DNA of 64,000 nucleotides from Batkoa obscura (GCA_030770535.1 JASVEC010000029.1:1-64000), one strand, 5' to 3'; positions 29,064-42,476 are shown, numbered from the stretch's first letter. Made by a program: numbers and translations. Notes: generated by a model from the letters alone, not told the origin.

Positions 29064-30464
29064 TTAACGAGTTCTACAGGTTGAGTTGCATTCCTCAATG
29101 CTAGTAAAAGCAAGACATCCACCACAACCGCCATAAACATCTTCAACACATTTGCCTTTAGATGGATCAAAATGATAAGATGGGAAAGCTCCGCGGCACA
29201 TACCAGAGTCAGTTTTGATATAACATTTTTTATCAAATTTGACTAAAGGATTGAAAATTACATCTGGAATTTCAACTTTGCAAGATTTTTGGGAGAAAGA
29301 GCCATTAGTTTCGGATTCTTCTTTTTTAGCTGGTTGGCTGTTCTTTTTTACACATGAGCTTTCACATTCTTGCTTACTTTCAAATACAAAACATCCATCA
29401 GCACAGCCTCCAAAGGAATCTTCAACACATTTACCAGTAGCTGAGTCAAAGTGATAAGATTGAATAGACATACGACACATACCAGGCTCAGTTTTAATAA
29501 AACATTTATCATCTAATTTTCTCAAATCAGCTGATAAGTTATTAGGCTTATTGACTTTACAAGAGTCTTCAGGTTCTTGTTCTTTTGGTTTGACTTGAGT
29601 AGCTGGTTGGCTGTTCTTTTTTACACATGAGCTTTCACATTCTTGCTTACTTTCAAATACAAAACATCCATCAGCACAGCCTCCAAAGGAATCTTCAACA
29701 CATTTACCAGTAGTTGAGTCAAAGTGATAAGATTCAATAGACATACGACACATACCAGGCTCAGTTTTAATAAAACATTTATCATCTAATTTTCTCAAAT
29801 CAGCTGATAAGTTATTAGGCTTATTGACTTTACAAGAGCCTTCCATTTTTCGTTCCTGCGGTTTGACTTGAGTAGCTGGTTGGCTATTCTTTTTTACACA
29901 TGAGCTTTCACACTCTTGCATACTACCAAACACAAAACATCCATCACCACAGCCTCCAAAGGAACCTTTAATACATTTGTTTTGTTTCAAATCAAAGTGA
30001 TAGGAGGAGAAACCAGCACGACACATACCAGACTCAGTTTTCATAAAGCATTTATCATCTAGTTTATTCAACTCAGCTGATAAGTTTTTAGGCTTGTTTA
30101 CTTTACAAGAGTCTTCAGGTTCTTGTTCTTTTGGTTTGGCTTGAGCAGCTGGTTGGATAATGTTTTTAACGCAGATGCCTTCACACTCTCTCATGCTACT
30201 AAAAGCATGACATCCATCCTCACAACCGCCATGAAGACCTTCAACACATTTACCAGTAGCTTGATCGAAATGATAAGATGAGAAAGCACCACGGCACATA
30301 CCAGGTTCAGTTTTAATAAAGCATCTGTTATCTAAATTTTTGTATTGAGGATTGTTACTAGTTTTGATTGCTTTACAATCCTCTTGTTTAAAGTTGGATG
30401 ATCTTTGAGAGCTACTTACAGCTAATAAGGCAAATAAAGTTAAGGTTCTGAGTACACTATTCAT
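29064..30464 (-). CDS. Secreted five-domain 8-Cys Kunitz-type protease inhibitor (all P1 = Arg)
   Basis: Signal peptide MNSVLRTLTLFALLAVSS; five Kunitz cysteine patterns; intronless. Confidence 0.9.
   Translation of the reverse strand: MNSVLRTLTLFALLAVSSSQRSSNFKQEDCKAIKTSNNPQYKNLDNRCFIKTEPGMCRGAFSSYHFDQATGKCVEGLHGGCEDGCHAFSSMRECEGICVKNIIQPAAQAKPKEQEPEDSCKVNKPKNLSAELNKLDDKCFMKTESGMCRAGFSSYHFDLKQNKCIKGSFGGCGDGCFVFGSMQECESSCVKKNSQPATQVKPQERKMEGSCKVNKPNNLSADLRKLDDKCFIKTEPGMCRMSIESYHFDSTTGKCVEDSFGGCADGCFVFESKQECESSCVKKNSQPATQVKPKEQEPEDSCKVNKPNNLSADLRKLDDKCFIKTEPGMCRMSIQSYHFDSATGKCVEDSFGGCADGCFVFESKQECESSCVKKNSQPAKKEESETNGSFSQKSCKVEIPDVIFNPLVKFDKKCYIKTDSGMCRGAFPSYHFDPSKGKCVEDVYGGCGGCLAFTSIEECNSTCRTR
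29328..30156 (-). repeat. Intragenic 273-bp (91-aa) tandem repeats, three units
   Basis: Anchor agctggttgg at 29328, 29601, 29874 and 30147. Confidence 0.92.
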
Positions 30465-31605
30465 GTTTGATTTTATAAATCTCTAAAGTTTAAATTTATT
30501 TATATTTTTATATTCTAATTGTTTTTATAAATATTATACGTTTACTTTATGTGTTTATATACCTTTTTTAATCCTTATCTTGGTTTATTTTGTTTATTCT
30601 TTGACATATTACATATTTACAAATATTGGATCAAGTAATCCAGTAACTTTTATCCAATATTGAAGAACTATAATAGGTTTCGATCATTATACTTTATTGA
30701 TAATTTGGCAAAAAATCACAATAGAATTCCGAGTAAGAATTTAAAAGTGAAAAATAATAAACTTAAAGCGTCATTTTTGAGCTTCCTTCTATATTTGTGT
30801 TTATTCTGCTGCTATTATATTTAGCATGTTATTTAATATTGTTAGCCTCATATTAATTAATGTAAAAATCAAAGTGCTATAATTTATTGATTCAATGAGT
30901 TCTTTAAACTATATTTAATAGATGTTAACAGACTTTATATTATTAATCCTTAATAAAAAATAAACCTACGTTATTTAAATTCAATTCACATATTTTTAAT
31001 TGGCATGAAGTTCCTTTAATAAAATATGCTTGTTAATATGATATGTGTTTTTTGATATCAAATATCTTTTATAGATAGATGATATGTTATAATTTCGTAA
31101 AACCATATAATGCTATTAATAAACTATATTTACTTATTTTAAAAAGCTCTTTGAAATCCTAGACCAAGTGTTTATTACTTTTGCACTTCAATATTCTAGC
31201 TATTTAGAATAATGATTTAATAATAAGTCTCAATAAAAAGATTACTAATTGAAAAATGTCGGATACTTGCTTTGTTCTAAACTTAGTTACGTAACTCAAT
31301 ATTCTATAAATGATAATGTCAACAATTACTGTGATTGAAATTTTATATGGTATTAATAATAAACATTAAATTAATTATTAGTAACTCCTACTTTTGTTAA
31401 GCATTACTTTTCAATTAACACAATTGATTTTTAATTATCGTGTTTCTCTCACTAAATATGATTTAAGTATAGATAAAATAAATTCAAGACATGGGTTAGT
31501 TTAAACCTAAGGCCCAATTTTTGTCCGATTTTGATTTAACAAAAATTGTGAATTAAGCTCAAAATGTTATGGAAATGGTTGCTTTTTGTTTAATTTAATT
31601 CATAT

Positions 31606-31703
31606 GGGGATATATTTTTTTGTTTAAGAATTTTACTACCAATTTTTCCGCTGAAATAGCCCTTAAAAGATGAAAAAAGTGATGAAGCCAAAAAAACACC
31701 CCC
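31606..31703. mobile_element. MITE copy
   Basis: ATAT|GGGGATAT...ACACCCCC|ATAT, followed directly by a related GGGAATGTTTTT end. Confidence 0.88.
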
Positions 31704-32990
31704 ATATGGGAATGTTTTTCTATTTAGTGTTTATTTGTTTTTTGAAACGCTTTACGCTACATAGATAATGAACAAAAGAGAGGTTGGGGAATTTGTTTTT
31801 AATTTTAACCAGAATTTTAAACTTGCTTCTATATTGAATCTTAAAGCGTAAAAAATTTACTAGCAAGGATCCTTACTTGAAATACATCCTGTTTAACCTG
31901 AGGTGCTTGTTATAAAATTATTAAGTTAAATCAAAAACTTGAAAAATGTTTTAGAGTAAATTAAGCAAAAACTTCTATAATGGTTTCAAGACCAAAAAGA
32001 GTGTCTTCAAGGATTGCTTGATCCATAGCCAAGTACCTCAACTGTTAGGGCACGGATCCTTCTTTTATAGTTAATAAACATATTAAACCGAGTTCAAACT
32101 GTTATTATGATTATTATTATGTTTTATTATACTTTTTCAAATCCTTTGGTAAGTGCGAGATGTGTTTAAATTAATTTAATTGTTATATTTATTAAATCTC
32201 AAAGTTTTAAATATGGAGTAATGAAGCTACTCATCTTTAGGCTATAGTTCATCTCCTTACTAATCTGTAAACATATTGTTACTGTTGAATAAACACTGAT
32301 TTTTGAATAAGCTCTTTATCTAATACATTATTGATATAATTGTTATATACTAAAACTTTATAGGTTTTTAATTTATGATTAAACGTACTAAATAAAAGTT
32401 TAACAATTCAATTGTAAAAAATTTAAACGATTGAAGTTTGAATATTGAATATTAATTTCGTTGTTTTATTTTTTTAACAAAAACTATTTGTACAATAGTT
32501 ATATATAATAAATTGTTTATATATGATGACCAGAACACTATGATTTATTTATAACCAGTTGAACTAAATGAAAGTATCAATTATGATTAATCAATTAAAT
32601 TTGGAATTTGTTGATTAAATGAGGAACTAAAAGTACGTTTTTTAAATGAATAAAATATCAATTTTAATTATTGGCAATCTGATGATAACATCAAAATCTG
32701 TTACCAACATGTCTTAAATATAGTTATTTTAAAAATAATGTATTATATTCATTTTTTAGTTAACGAATTCATCGAAATCACCATAAAACTAAAATAGTAT
32801 TATTATGAAAATATAAAATAAACTTCACCTATTAGACAATAAAGTTTAATTGTTATTATAATATTCAAATAAACATAAAAATTATTAGTCTAAGTATTTT
32901 AAGTTTAAGTTGATATTATGGTGAGCAAAGTAAAAAAACAAAATGATAAATTAGTATAAGTAAATTTGGCTTTATTCATATATTATGAAG

Positions 32991-33584
32991 TCAATTCATA
33001 ATATGATAAGTTTGGCAAGTCGACTCACACTCTTGTATACTTTTAAAAGCTAAACAACCATCATCACATCCGCCGAAGGTTGCTTCTACACATTTGTTTT
33101 GAGTAGTATCAAAATGATAAGATGAAGTAGCACCACGACACATGCCTGATTGTGTTTTGATAAAGCATTTATTATTCAATTTACTCAAGGATTCAGCCAT
33201 AGCTTTTGGTTTAGAAACAGTACATTTCTTTTGTCCAAAAGGCTTCATGGATTGAGGCTCCTCTTTTATTGGTTGAATACTCATTCTCAAACATGAATTT
33301 TCACATTCTTGCATACTTTTAAAAGCTAAACAACCATCATTACAACCTCCAAAGGTCGATTGTACACATTTGTTTTGGTTTGGGCTATAGTGATAAGAAG
33401 AAACATTAGCCATACAACGCCCGCTTTGACTCCTAATAAAACACTTCTCATTTAATCCGTAAGATTGAGACCTATAGCTCCTATGTACCCTACACCCATT
33501 CTGTTCAAAACTCGTGAGGTTTTCACAGTTGACAACAAAAAATAAAGCTAATAAAGCTAAGCCAGTAACTATATTATTCATCAT
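32991..33584 (-). CDS. Secreted two-domain 8-Cys Kunitz-type inhibitor (P1 = Met, Arg)
   Basis: ATG at 33584 or 33581; signal peptide; two Kunitz domains. Confidence 0.9.
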   Translation of the reverse strand: MMNNIVTGLALLALFFVVNCENLTSFEQNGCRVHRSYRSQSYGLNEKCFIRSQSGRCMANVSSYHYSPNQNKCVQSTFGGCNDGCLAFKSMQECENSCLRMSIQPIKEEPQSMKPFGQKKCTVSKPKAMAESLSKLNNKCFIKTQSGMCRGATSSYHFDTTQNKCVEATFGGCDDGCLAFKSIQECESTCQTYHIMN

Positions 33585-33948
33585 AATGTTATTATGTATC
33601 AAAAAATATTTGTATTTATAAAGAAACCTTTTTTATTTATATTATTTTTTCAGATCCTTTCGTTTACTTTTTTTATCATTTTATTTACCTCTTAATGTAT
33701 TATTTCCTGTGGTAAAAATTACACTTGTTTATATTTTTTGCTCTTACCTTTCTTATAAAAGATTATTACTAGTTTTGCTATTTTTATCATGATAGTTCCG
33801 CTTATTTTTATATGCTGTGTTATTATGTGATTTGTTTTATTTTCATTAAGTTTAGCAGTTAAATTATAGTTATGAGATAACTGTCTCCGTTAAATATTTA
33901 TAATGATATACTTGTATTTTAGAAAGTGAAAAAATAAATGTATTATAT

Positions 33949-34046
33949 GGGGATGTATTTTTTGTTTAAGAATTTTATTAATAGTTTTTCCACTTAAATA
34001 GCGCTTAAAAGATGGAAAAAGCAATGAAATAAAAAAAAACACCCTC
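33949..34046. mobile_element. MITE copy
   Basis: ATAT|GGGGATGT...ACACCCTC|ATAT. Confidence 0.88.
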
Positions 34047-34843
34047 ATATGTATAAAAATGACTCGAGCGATTAAATTAATTTTGGAATAATTCATAGAA
34101 TGAAGTAGTTCGAGTTACAAAAAAATGGTAAAAAATGTGACGAACTTTAATGAATTAGATTTTGTATTTATTTCGTGTGAAATAAAATCCTATTCTGCAT
34201 CTACTAAATGTGACAACTAGTTACATAACCATCCTCTAATATATTAAAATAAATCGTAGCCAAATTATTTATTTTTAGTCTAAAAACCAAATATTTTATT
34301 CTACAAATTGAGATAAAATAAACAACTCAATAATGTAAATTAAAATAATCCTTTTATATTAATCTATTTCTTTGAAATCTGTATCAGTAAATTAATTTAT
34401 TGCTGTGGCAATACTTTTAAATAGTTTACATAATTATCAATTTTATAAAATTTAATCGTTTATTTAATACGACTTTACCTTTGTTGATGATAGTTAATTG
34501 ATATTTAAAAAGTATGCTTTTATTATATTAATACGTCTTTTATAAAGTTTATTAATTTTGTGTGATAAATGAATTTTTTAGAAGGCTTATAAAAGATAAT
34601 TGTAGTAACAACAACCCATTATCTGATAAATTATATTATATAATAACTCAAATATAAAATTATTTATTATATAATCCGATGTATTGTTTATAGATAGTAA
34701 ATTATAACTTTTATTTAAGTTAATAAATGTAAATAAATTTCTATCTACTACTAATGACAATGTTATCGTCATTAATAATAGATGCAAGCACTTTTCCATA
34801 AAATAAATTTAAAAACTTGGTTAAACTCAAATAAGTTTTATAT

Positions 34844-34942
34844 GGGGATGTATTTTTATGTTTAAGAATTTTACTAACAATTTTTCCACTTAAATAGCGC
34901 TTAAAAGATAGAAAAAATAATGAAACCAAAAAAAACATCCTC
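34844..34942. mobile_element. MITE copy
   Basis: ATAT|GGGGATGT...ACATCCTC|ATAT. Confidence 0.88.
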
Positions 34943-35090
34943 ATATTATGATTTAAATTTAAACCTTGCAAATCCATATAGGAATGTCTTTTGTTTTACT
35001 AATTAGCCGTTTTTTGTGCTATCAAATTCATATTAAAAAAACCGCTAGTTAAATTCTAAATAAAAAATACTCATTTATAGTCTATTTTGA

Positions 35091-35253
35091 TAGAGTACCT
35101 TACAGTTAAATGTCTTTTGTTGCTTCTCATTTGTATTTAATTTTTTTTAATGAATTTAAAGCTACAAAAAAAGCAGCAGTGCATAAATTCATTATAGAAA
35201 AATTTAGCTACAAATTAAAAGCAACAAAAGAAATCTTACTGCAAGCTGTCCTA
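35091..35253. repeat. Imperfect inverted repeat (about 70-bp arms), fold-back MITE-like
   Basis: cttacagttaaatgtcttttgttgcttctcatttgta... pairs with ...tacaaattaaaagcaacaaaagaaatcttactgcaag. Confidence 0.8.
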
Positions 35254-37176
35254 AATCAAAATTGAAAAGTAGAATATCCGGGTTTAAACGAACCTATATT
35301 TAAAAATTATATAAAAACAGTTTTCCTGAGTTAATATCTATTTTAAACTTGTAACATTTTTTGATAAAATTATTTCAAACCAAATTGTTATTTTTAAAAA
35401 TATAGAATATAAAAATAGAAGTTTTTTGATTTTTTACAAGGTTCAAGTACTTTAATAATTAAAATAAAATTCAAATAAAAAGAGGTTTAAGAGACTGAAT
35501 CAAATGGACACTAGATAAGTTATTTAATTGGTTTTAATCAAAAGGGCCCCTTCGATCACTCATTTAAACATTAGACTTGAGAGCCGTCAAGAGATCTAAC
35601 AGCGCGTTTTGGTTTAAATTATCATTCAGCTTGCCAAAAAAGAGGAACCGTCATAGGTTTAGGTTGGTATGAGAAAGAGGTTATTTATAATTATATTTTT
35701 AGGTACATAATTTTTATCTTATAACAAGCATTGTAATTAATAACTAAGTTATTATAGAAAGCTTGTTTGAATATTAAAGTTAATATAGAAAAACTATTCA
35801 TTTTAGATTTTTATGGTTTGAAAAAATACTACTTTAGACATTAAACCACTCTTTCTATTTTACTATGCTAAAAAAAAAGTATTGAAACAATATAAGCTTC
35901 GCAGTGGTATATAATTTATAGTTATCTCCCAAAGCTAATTTTCGTCTTTAAAGTCATTTTAAAGTTTATATTACTTTTTTTTTCACAAAATGTTAAATTA
36001 TATAAAGATCAAATAAAGCATTTGGGGGTATTTAGCTTTCAAGATTTTTAAAAAATTCTCTAAATATATCCTACTTGTCCATTTTTGAAAGAACTGAAAA
36101 GATAATGAGGAGAGTATTAATTAAAACATCAACCCCTAATTTTTACTTGCTACTTATATTGATATTAAAAAGCAATATTCAAATACAAGCATATATTTCA
36201 ATAAATCTACTATGATTTGATTTTGTAATTCGTGATTCATTAATAATATATTTATTATATATTAAATAATAAATCCAATACTTTATGTTTTCGAATAAAT
36301 CACAAAATAGTACCAAATACGATACTTATTATATCATGTGTACATGTAATATACAACTATGTAGATTTTCCTTCAATTTTATTACGAAAATTTATAAACT
36401 CAGCTATCTATTACAATAAAGAAAGTTGACATACAAAAAATATTTCTCACAGAATAATCACTCATTTTTCCTATATTATATAAAACAGTTAAATAACAAA
36501 AATGGATGTGGTATAATTTTTATTACTACTGATAGTAGTAAGTGTCATAGTTCGTTATATTGAATTTTGAACATATTATAAATTGGAAAATAAGGGAGGT
36601 TTAATATAAATATCTCTTGACTAGTTCCCTTCATTTTATTAATAAAAAATAAATGATTGGTAATAGGGGATGATAAAATAAAAAATAATGATTGGGAATT
36701 TTCTTAATTTAGTACTGATTTTAAGCATGACTAAATTAACTGATCGTATTTGAACATCTGATAATTATTAGGGGTTAAACATTTATATTTGTAATATCAA
36801 GCTATTAAGTTTGACTTTTATTTTTGTTTTTATTTTTAAAACAAATAAATGGAATTTTTGGATTAGAGAGGCTATATAAATTTATCACAGCTTATAGATA
36901 TTTTTAAAAATATTTAATTTTATTAACTTTGCTATAGATAGATACTATTAAATATAATTTCAATATCATCCAAGTGTAATAGTAATTTTAAGAATAATTT
37001 TAAAATGATTTGATAAATATCAATTTACTTGTTTTATACTTGTTTTATATTTATCGTTAATTAATACTTTTTTGTCAAAAAAGTTTAAACTTTATTTAAC
37101 AGTAAAGCTCATATAGAGCACAAATTATATAAATGTATTAGGAAAAAATTTTATTTAATTTAATTTAAATATTATA

Positions 37177-38206
37177 TTAGGACTGAATGAAATTATGTAG
37201 AATGGTCAAAACACGTGGGTTATATGGAACCTGATCATGCTCTCCAAAATCACCATTGATGTTACTTACGCTATAATTGAGAGCTTCAAGTTTTTTTGAA
37301 AAGTTGGTGCTTTGCTCAACATTTACTAAGGTATCATTAGTAGAATGAATTAATAAAACTTTAGGAGATAAGTTGGATTTTGAGGGGCTATTGATACAAT
37401 ATTGAGGGGATGCTTTATCCCAGGTTGACATGGTGTCATCTTTTAACTTTATGTCTTCACCAAATGCTGGAACAATGAAACCAGAAACATAACTTAGATT
37501 TTCTTTTGCCAGCAATTTTAGATCAAATATACCATCGATTAAAACGACTCCTTTGATATTTTGAATTTTAGTTAAACTTTTGCTATTAAGGTTATCATTT
37601 AAAATATATTCATTAGTATTGAACGTGATCAAAGAAGAAATGTGAGCACCAGCACAATGGCCCCCGATATAAACGTTTTTATCATTAAACCCATATTTAA
37701 TTATAGTTGAAGTAACATTGAGAAATCCTTTTAAAGAATCTTCAACATGATTCGGATGCATTGTATTGCTTTTTCCACCCTTTTTACTTAAAGGATAATG
37801 AACTAAAGCAGTAACAATCCCATACTTACTTGCTAAATTGGCCGCCATGTTGATACTTGAATCTATATCTTTAGATACCCAGGCACCACTATAATACCAT
37901 ACAACTACAGGGGAGTTGATTTGTCTCTCATTTGGAAGTATTAAATCAAAATAGTTGCTTTCATTCAAGTCACTGTACAATATTTTTTCTTGGATGTTTA
38001 TGTTATCTGGAAGGGGTCTTGTTATAAATGTTAATATCGCTATTGTACAAAAATAGGTTATACTTACATTTTCTCTCTTGGTGTGACCCTCTTGTTGATT
38101 GCATCCTAAATAAAAATTAACATATTGATCATATAGAAAGACAAAAATGTACTGCATATGTTGTAAGGAATAATAGTATAAATAAGTTGAAGAAGATTGA
38201 CAGCAT
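37177..38206 (-). CDS. Secreted alpha/beta-hydrolase (HSL/kynurenine-formamidase-like) with GHCAG nucleophile elbow; two predicted 5' introns
   Basis: ATG 38206 gives signal peptide MLSIFFNLFILLFLTTYA; YYSGAW (HGGAW equivalent), GHCAG, HSTNDTLV, GEHD. Confidence 0.8.
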
Positions 38207-39204
38207 TATTTTAAATACTTTGAAAAATAAGCAAAACGAGTTATATTTATACCCTTTTTGCAGGAATGTATTCAATAGCTAAAGTATCTTAAGGATGATT
38301 TAAATTTTGGCAATTGGGTAACTATGAGAATACAAGTAATAAAATACATTGAATGATATTTTTGTAGGATAAATATACCAAATTATTGGTATAATAATTT
38401 ATTAATAAATGGTTGCTTTTACTGTTTGTTTGAATAGAGGATAAAAAATGAATGATCATTTTTAATTCTGTCATTTTAAAATACCATATAAATACATTAC
38501 ATTCTATCATTGAAAGGTGGCAACTATATTTATCGGGATTACGTTAAGATTCATCCTTTTATTTTTTCTCTCATAGAAATGTCATGCATATTTACATAAT
38601 GAGCAAAACACAAGACCATAAAACTTTTTTAAGGGCACTTTGTATAGTGGGTAATTACGGAACAAGATAAATGTAAAAACAGTCGAATCTTCTAATGTTA
38701 TTTTATTTTAAGAAGTCTTACATATGGGTAAAATCTTAAAGAATAAATATAAATTAGATTATCCATTTTATTAATATTTGTCTTTGTTCAATACGTCATT
38801 TTTCGACTTTTGACTTTTTTATAAGTGTTATTCAAGAAAATCAATAAAAATGTATTAAAAAACTGCTGTTCTAATTTCATCTTTTTGTATTATGATTTTT
38901 GAGTCTCCTACTATTACCCGAACCTAACTTTGATAGTAATATTAATAAATATTTTATAAAATTAACTCATGAACTTGGGTGATATTTATGAAGTTTTAAT
39001 CGACCTAAAAGAATCAATTAAAATTGATTGATATTATTTATTTAATAAATATATATTAGGGCCTAAAATTTTTTTGGTGATGTTTAATTGAAGTTTTATA
39101 AATTAAAATAACTAACGCTATACTGAAAACAAAAGTTATTTTGGTATTTTAATTATTTCAAATGTTTTTAAAAAAATGATTATTTTAATTATAATTTAAT
39201 AAAT

Positions 39205-39302
39205 GGGGATGTTTTTTTTCGGCTTCATCACTTTTTCCATTTTTAAGCGCTATTTGAGTGGAAAAATTATTAGTAAAATTCTTAAGCACAAAATACATCC
39301 CC
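39205..39302. mobile_element. MITE copy
   Basis: GGGGATGT...ACATCCCC|ATAT. Confidence 0.88.
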
Positions 39303-40988
39303 ATATAAACTTTTATTTTCAATGCTTTTTTTACAATTCTATGAAATCGATTCCCAATTTGAATAACATAAATTAACAGAAGTACATAATCAAAAAAATT
39401 CGTAAAATAAAATATACAATCAAAGTCACTGCTAAGTTAAGCCTAAGACTGAATAAGAAAACCTAATCTATCAATATAGATAATCTCAAATACATTTGTA
39501 TTCCAAAGCCTTAAAAGTTATAAATAACATTAAATCTGAGTTTTAGTTCAACATTTTCAGTATTAAGTTTTATAATAAATTGCTTAATTTTTTTACATTT
39601 TTTAATTTAGGCATTATCAGTTTTATATTTGATAATTTACATTTTTACCTGTCAAAAGATTTAAAAAATAACTTATAATTTTATCTCATTGTACAATACC
39701 TATTATAAGTTTTTAACATCTCCTTATAACAAAAAAAGGTGTAGTTTACCCTTGTCTGCCCACCTCCTTATCAGCTTTTGATTAAATAAGAACCTCAGTT
39801 CTAACCTTCTCATGGTATCTTAGAAATATGCTCATACAGCATTTATTCTCTTTAACATCATAGTTAATTTATACCTATCCTGGCTAAATGCTTCTATCGC
39901 TCATCTTTACACACTTCCCTTTTCTGTAGGATTTCTTCTTGCATTTTTGCGCTCCACTTGCAATATCATATATGATTTCCCTTGAATTATCCCTTCTACC
40001 CAGTTGGTTTTTCTCGTATCCCTCATTTACTATCTGGTTTAACCTCCCTAACAAATGCCCTTACCTTTGCTCCTGAGTTATGGGGTTCACATAGAAGTTT
40101 GACTCCATCCTAATTTAATACATTGGGGACCTTTTCACTTCCTTTCAGCCCTACATCTTTCACCAATCAATTTGAAGCTCTCTGGAGATTTAAAATAAAA
40201 TTGATCTCATTTTGCATCATACGCCCACTAAGAGTAGCAACATATTGGACTTTGTTTATTTGGTTCTAGTTAGACTCGTGTGAATAGCTCAGCCCTTTAA
40301 GCTCATTAAATTTAATATTTAATGCTTTATTAAGTAGAGCAAAACATTGTAGACTAACACTATATAAAATAAATAGCTTATATTTTTGTTGCTTAGAAAT
40401 GTAAAACTTTCAAAAATTATACATGTATATTTTGACTTTAAATTATATTAAAATTATTAGATTATTATTTTGTTTGTAACTTTTAATTATTATAATTGAA
40501 AAATGATAAAAATATTTTAATAAACGATATAATATACAAAACCAATCTATAAATTTATAGCTATAGATTAATACTATCTGCGAATTAAATCTATCATATG
40601 ATATAATATATTTTTAAAAATCATAATTTAATATTAAACTAGTAGTATATCCTAATTAAATAAAATTAAAAAACGAAACTTTTACTGTTATTTTTACTAG
40701 TTTACATTTATTAAAAATTGTTATTCTTTCTAAAAAACATAATAAAAGTAAAAAAAGCTTTATATACAGCTAGTTATTAATATTTATTTTAACGTTACCA
40801 AGTCAATAAGTTATAATTCACTTATAATTTTTTGCTTTTTTGTATAAATTTATATTTTTAGTAATTTAATAACATTAAGAATATGATATTATTTTATGAA
40901 AAATTTGATACAAAGCTAATGCAGGACGCGATTCTTAATTATAGCTATACTGGTATAAATAGCAAAGTAAACAACATTTTTTCGTAAA

Positions 40989-42476
40989 ATGCTTTTACTT
41001 TTAATTTTCTTATTTCTTTCGTTAAATAAAATTAGTGCACTATTTCCAAGAGCAGTCGGTGGGGGATGTATAGAAATAAAAGATGAATTATATTATTTAG
41101 GTGGATTTATTACACTCCCAAATGTAGAAAAATCAAGAGGACTCAACAAAGAAATTTTCAAACTAGATTTCAAAAAGGGAGTAACTTTATACAACAATAT
41201 GGCATCATGGGAAAGGTATAATACCACTCATACTCCAGAACCTTTCATGTATCCAAAGCTTTTTTATATCGAAGACTTTAATCAAAAGAATACAATGATT
41301 GGTTTCTTTTTTGGTAAACTAGGTTCATCTGTAGAAGTAAATTATCTTGATATTGATAAAGACGAATGGTATGATAAACATTTGATTAAAGAGATATCTT
41401 ATCAGCCAGAAATAGAAAGTTTTATGGATCATTATGAGGAATATTCAATTGTACAAAGTGAAAGCAATCCAAAACAGTTTTACATATCTGGGTTTTTTCA
41501 TAATTTCAAATTAGATGAAGATATAAACTATCAAATAAAGTTATTTGATATTGAATCAAAGGAAATCAAAACAATCTATGAACCACCAAGAAAAATGAAG
41601 GCTAAGTTATCGTTTATTTCAAATAATAAATTATACTACTTTGAAGTCTCAATAGAAAGCATTGTACCAGGTGTCAATTATAACATATTATATGAATTAG
41701 ACTTATCGGCATTTGAGCTAGTTTCTCATGAAATTCCTTTTAAAAGTTTTGGGGAAATTCAAATTATAAAAGTTAGAGAATCAATCTATTTTTTTGGATC
41801 TGATTTATTAGAGGATAACTCAATCGAAGTATTTGAATTAAAGACACAACCATTTTCATTCACTAAAATAAATAGAGTTGTTAGAATAAGTGCTTGGGGC
41901 TGTTTTGCTAATTATAAGAATTATATAATAAATTCATTCGGTAATAAATTTGTTCAATCTTCAGATAGGCTGGGGTGGGTTCCCGAAAGCTCAGATAAAA
42001 CACAAATATTAGACACACAAACTTGGCAAGACATTGAAAGTTTACCTTCGATATTAGAACAAAATAATGACATCAATAGTAATACGAATGATTCTGCCGA
42101 TAATAACAACCTTAAAGCTATAATTGGTGGTACTATAGGAGGAATAGTTGGACTTATTATAATTTTATTAGGTATATTTTTAATGTTTTACAGACGTAAA
42201 TTGAAAAAAGAAAAGCCTCCAAGTGTCATTATTGACCCCATTTTTATCGACCCAAACATTCATTTAGATAGCAATAACAATAATAACACCAGTGCCATTT
42301 TTTCCCATTCTCATGAGATCGATGATAATAATACCGGGTTAACTAGGAATTTGTACTTGAATCAAATAGGAAATATGAACATGATTAGTCAAGAGAATCG
42401 TTCAATTAATGGGACTATCCTTGGTCAATCTTCAGAGTCTAAAGAAGATCATACAAGAATACCATCAATTGTATAG
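40989..42476 (+). CDS. Type I membrane protein: signal peptide, kelch-like beta-rich ectodomain, TM helix, cytoplasmic tail
   Basis: LYYLGG kelch-like motif; TM segment IIGGTIGGIVGLIIILLGIFLMFY followed by RRKLKK. Confidence 0.8.
   Translation: MLLLLIFLFLSLNKISALFPRAVGGGCIEIKDELYYLGGFITLPNVEKSRGLNKEIFKLDFKKGVTLYNNMASWERYNTTHTPEPFMYPKLFYIEDFNQKNTMIGFFFGKLGSSVEVNYLDIDKDEWYDKHLIKEISYQPEIESFMDHYEEYSIVQSESNPKQFYISGFFHNFKLDEDINYQIKLFDIESKEIKTIYEPPRKMKAKLSFISNNKLYYFEVSIESIVPGVNYNILYELDLSAFELVSHEIPFKSFGEIQIIKVRESIYFFGSDLLEDNSIEVFELKTQPFSFTKINRVVRISAWGCFANYKNYIINSFGNKFVQSSDRLGWVPESSDKTQILDTQTWQDIESLPSILEQNNDINSNTNDSADNNNLKAIIGGTIGGIVGLIIILLGIFLMFYRRKLKKEKPPSVIIDPIFIDPNIHLDSNNNNNTSAIFSHSHEIDDNNTGLTRNLYLNQIGNMNMISQENRSINGTILGQSSESKEDHTRIPSIV

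Noticed and set aside
39700..40260. Slightly GC-richer tract (also about 43000-43700) that might be a retroelement relic
   Set aside because: No open frame or convincing motif; it cannot be supported without a translated search.
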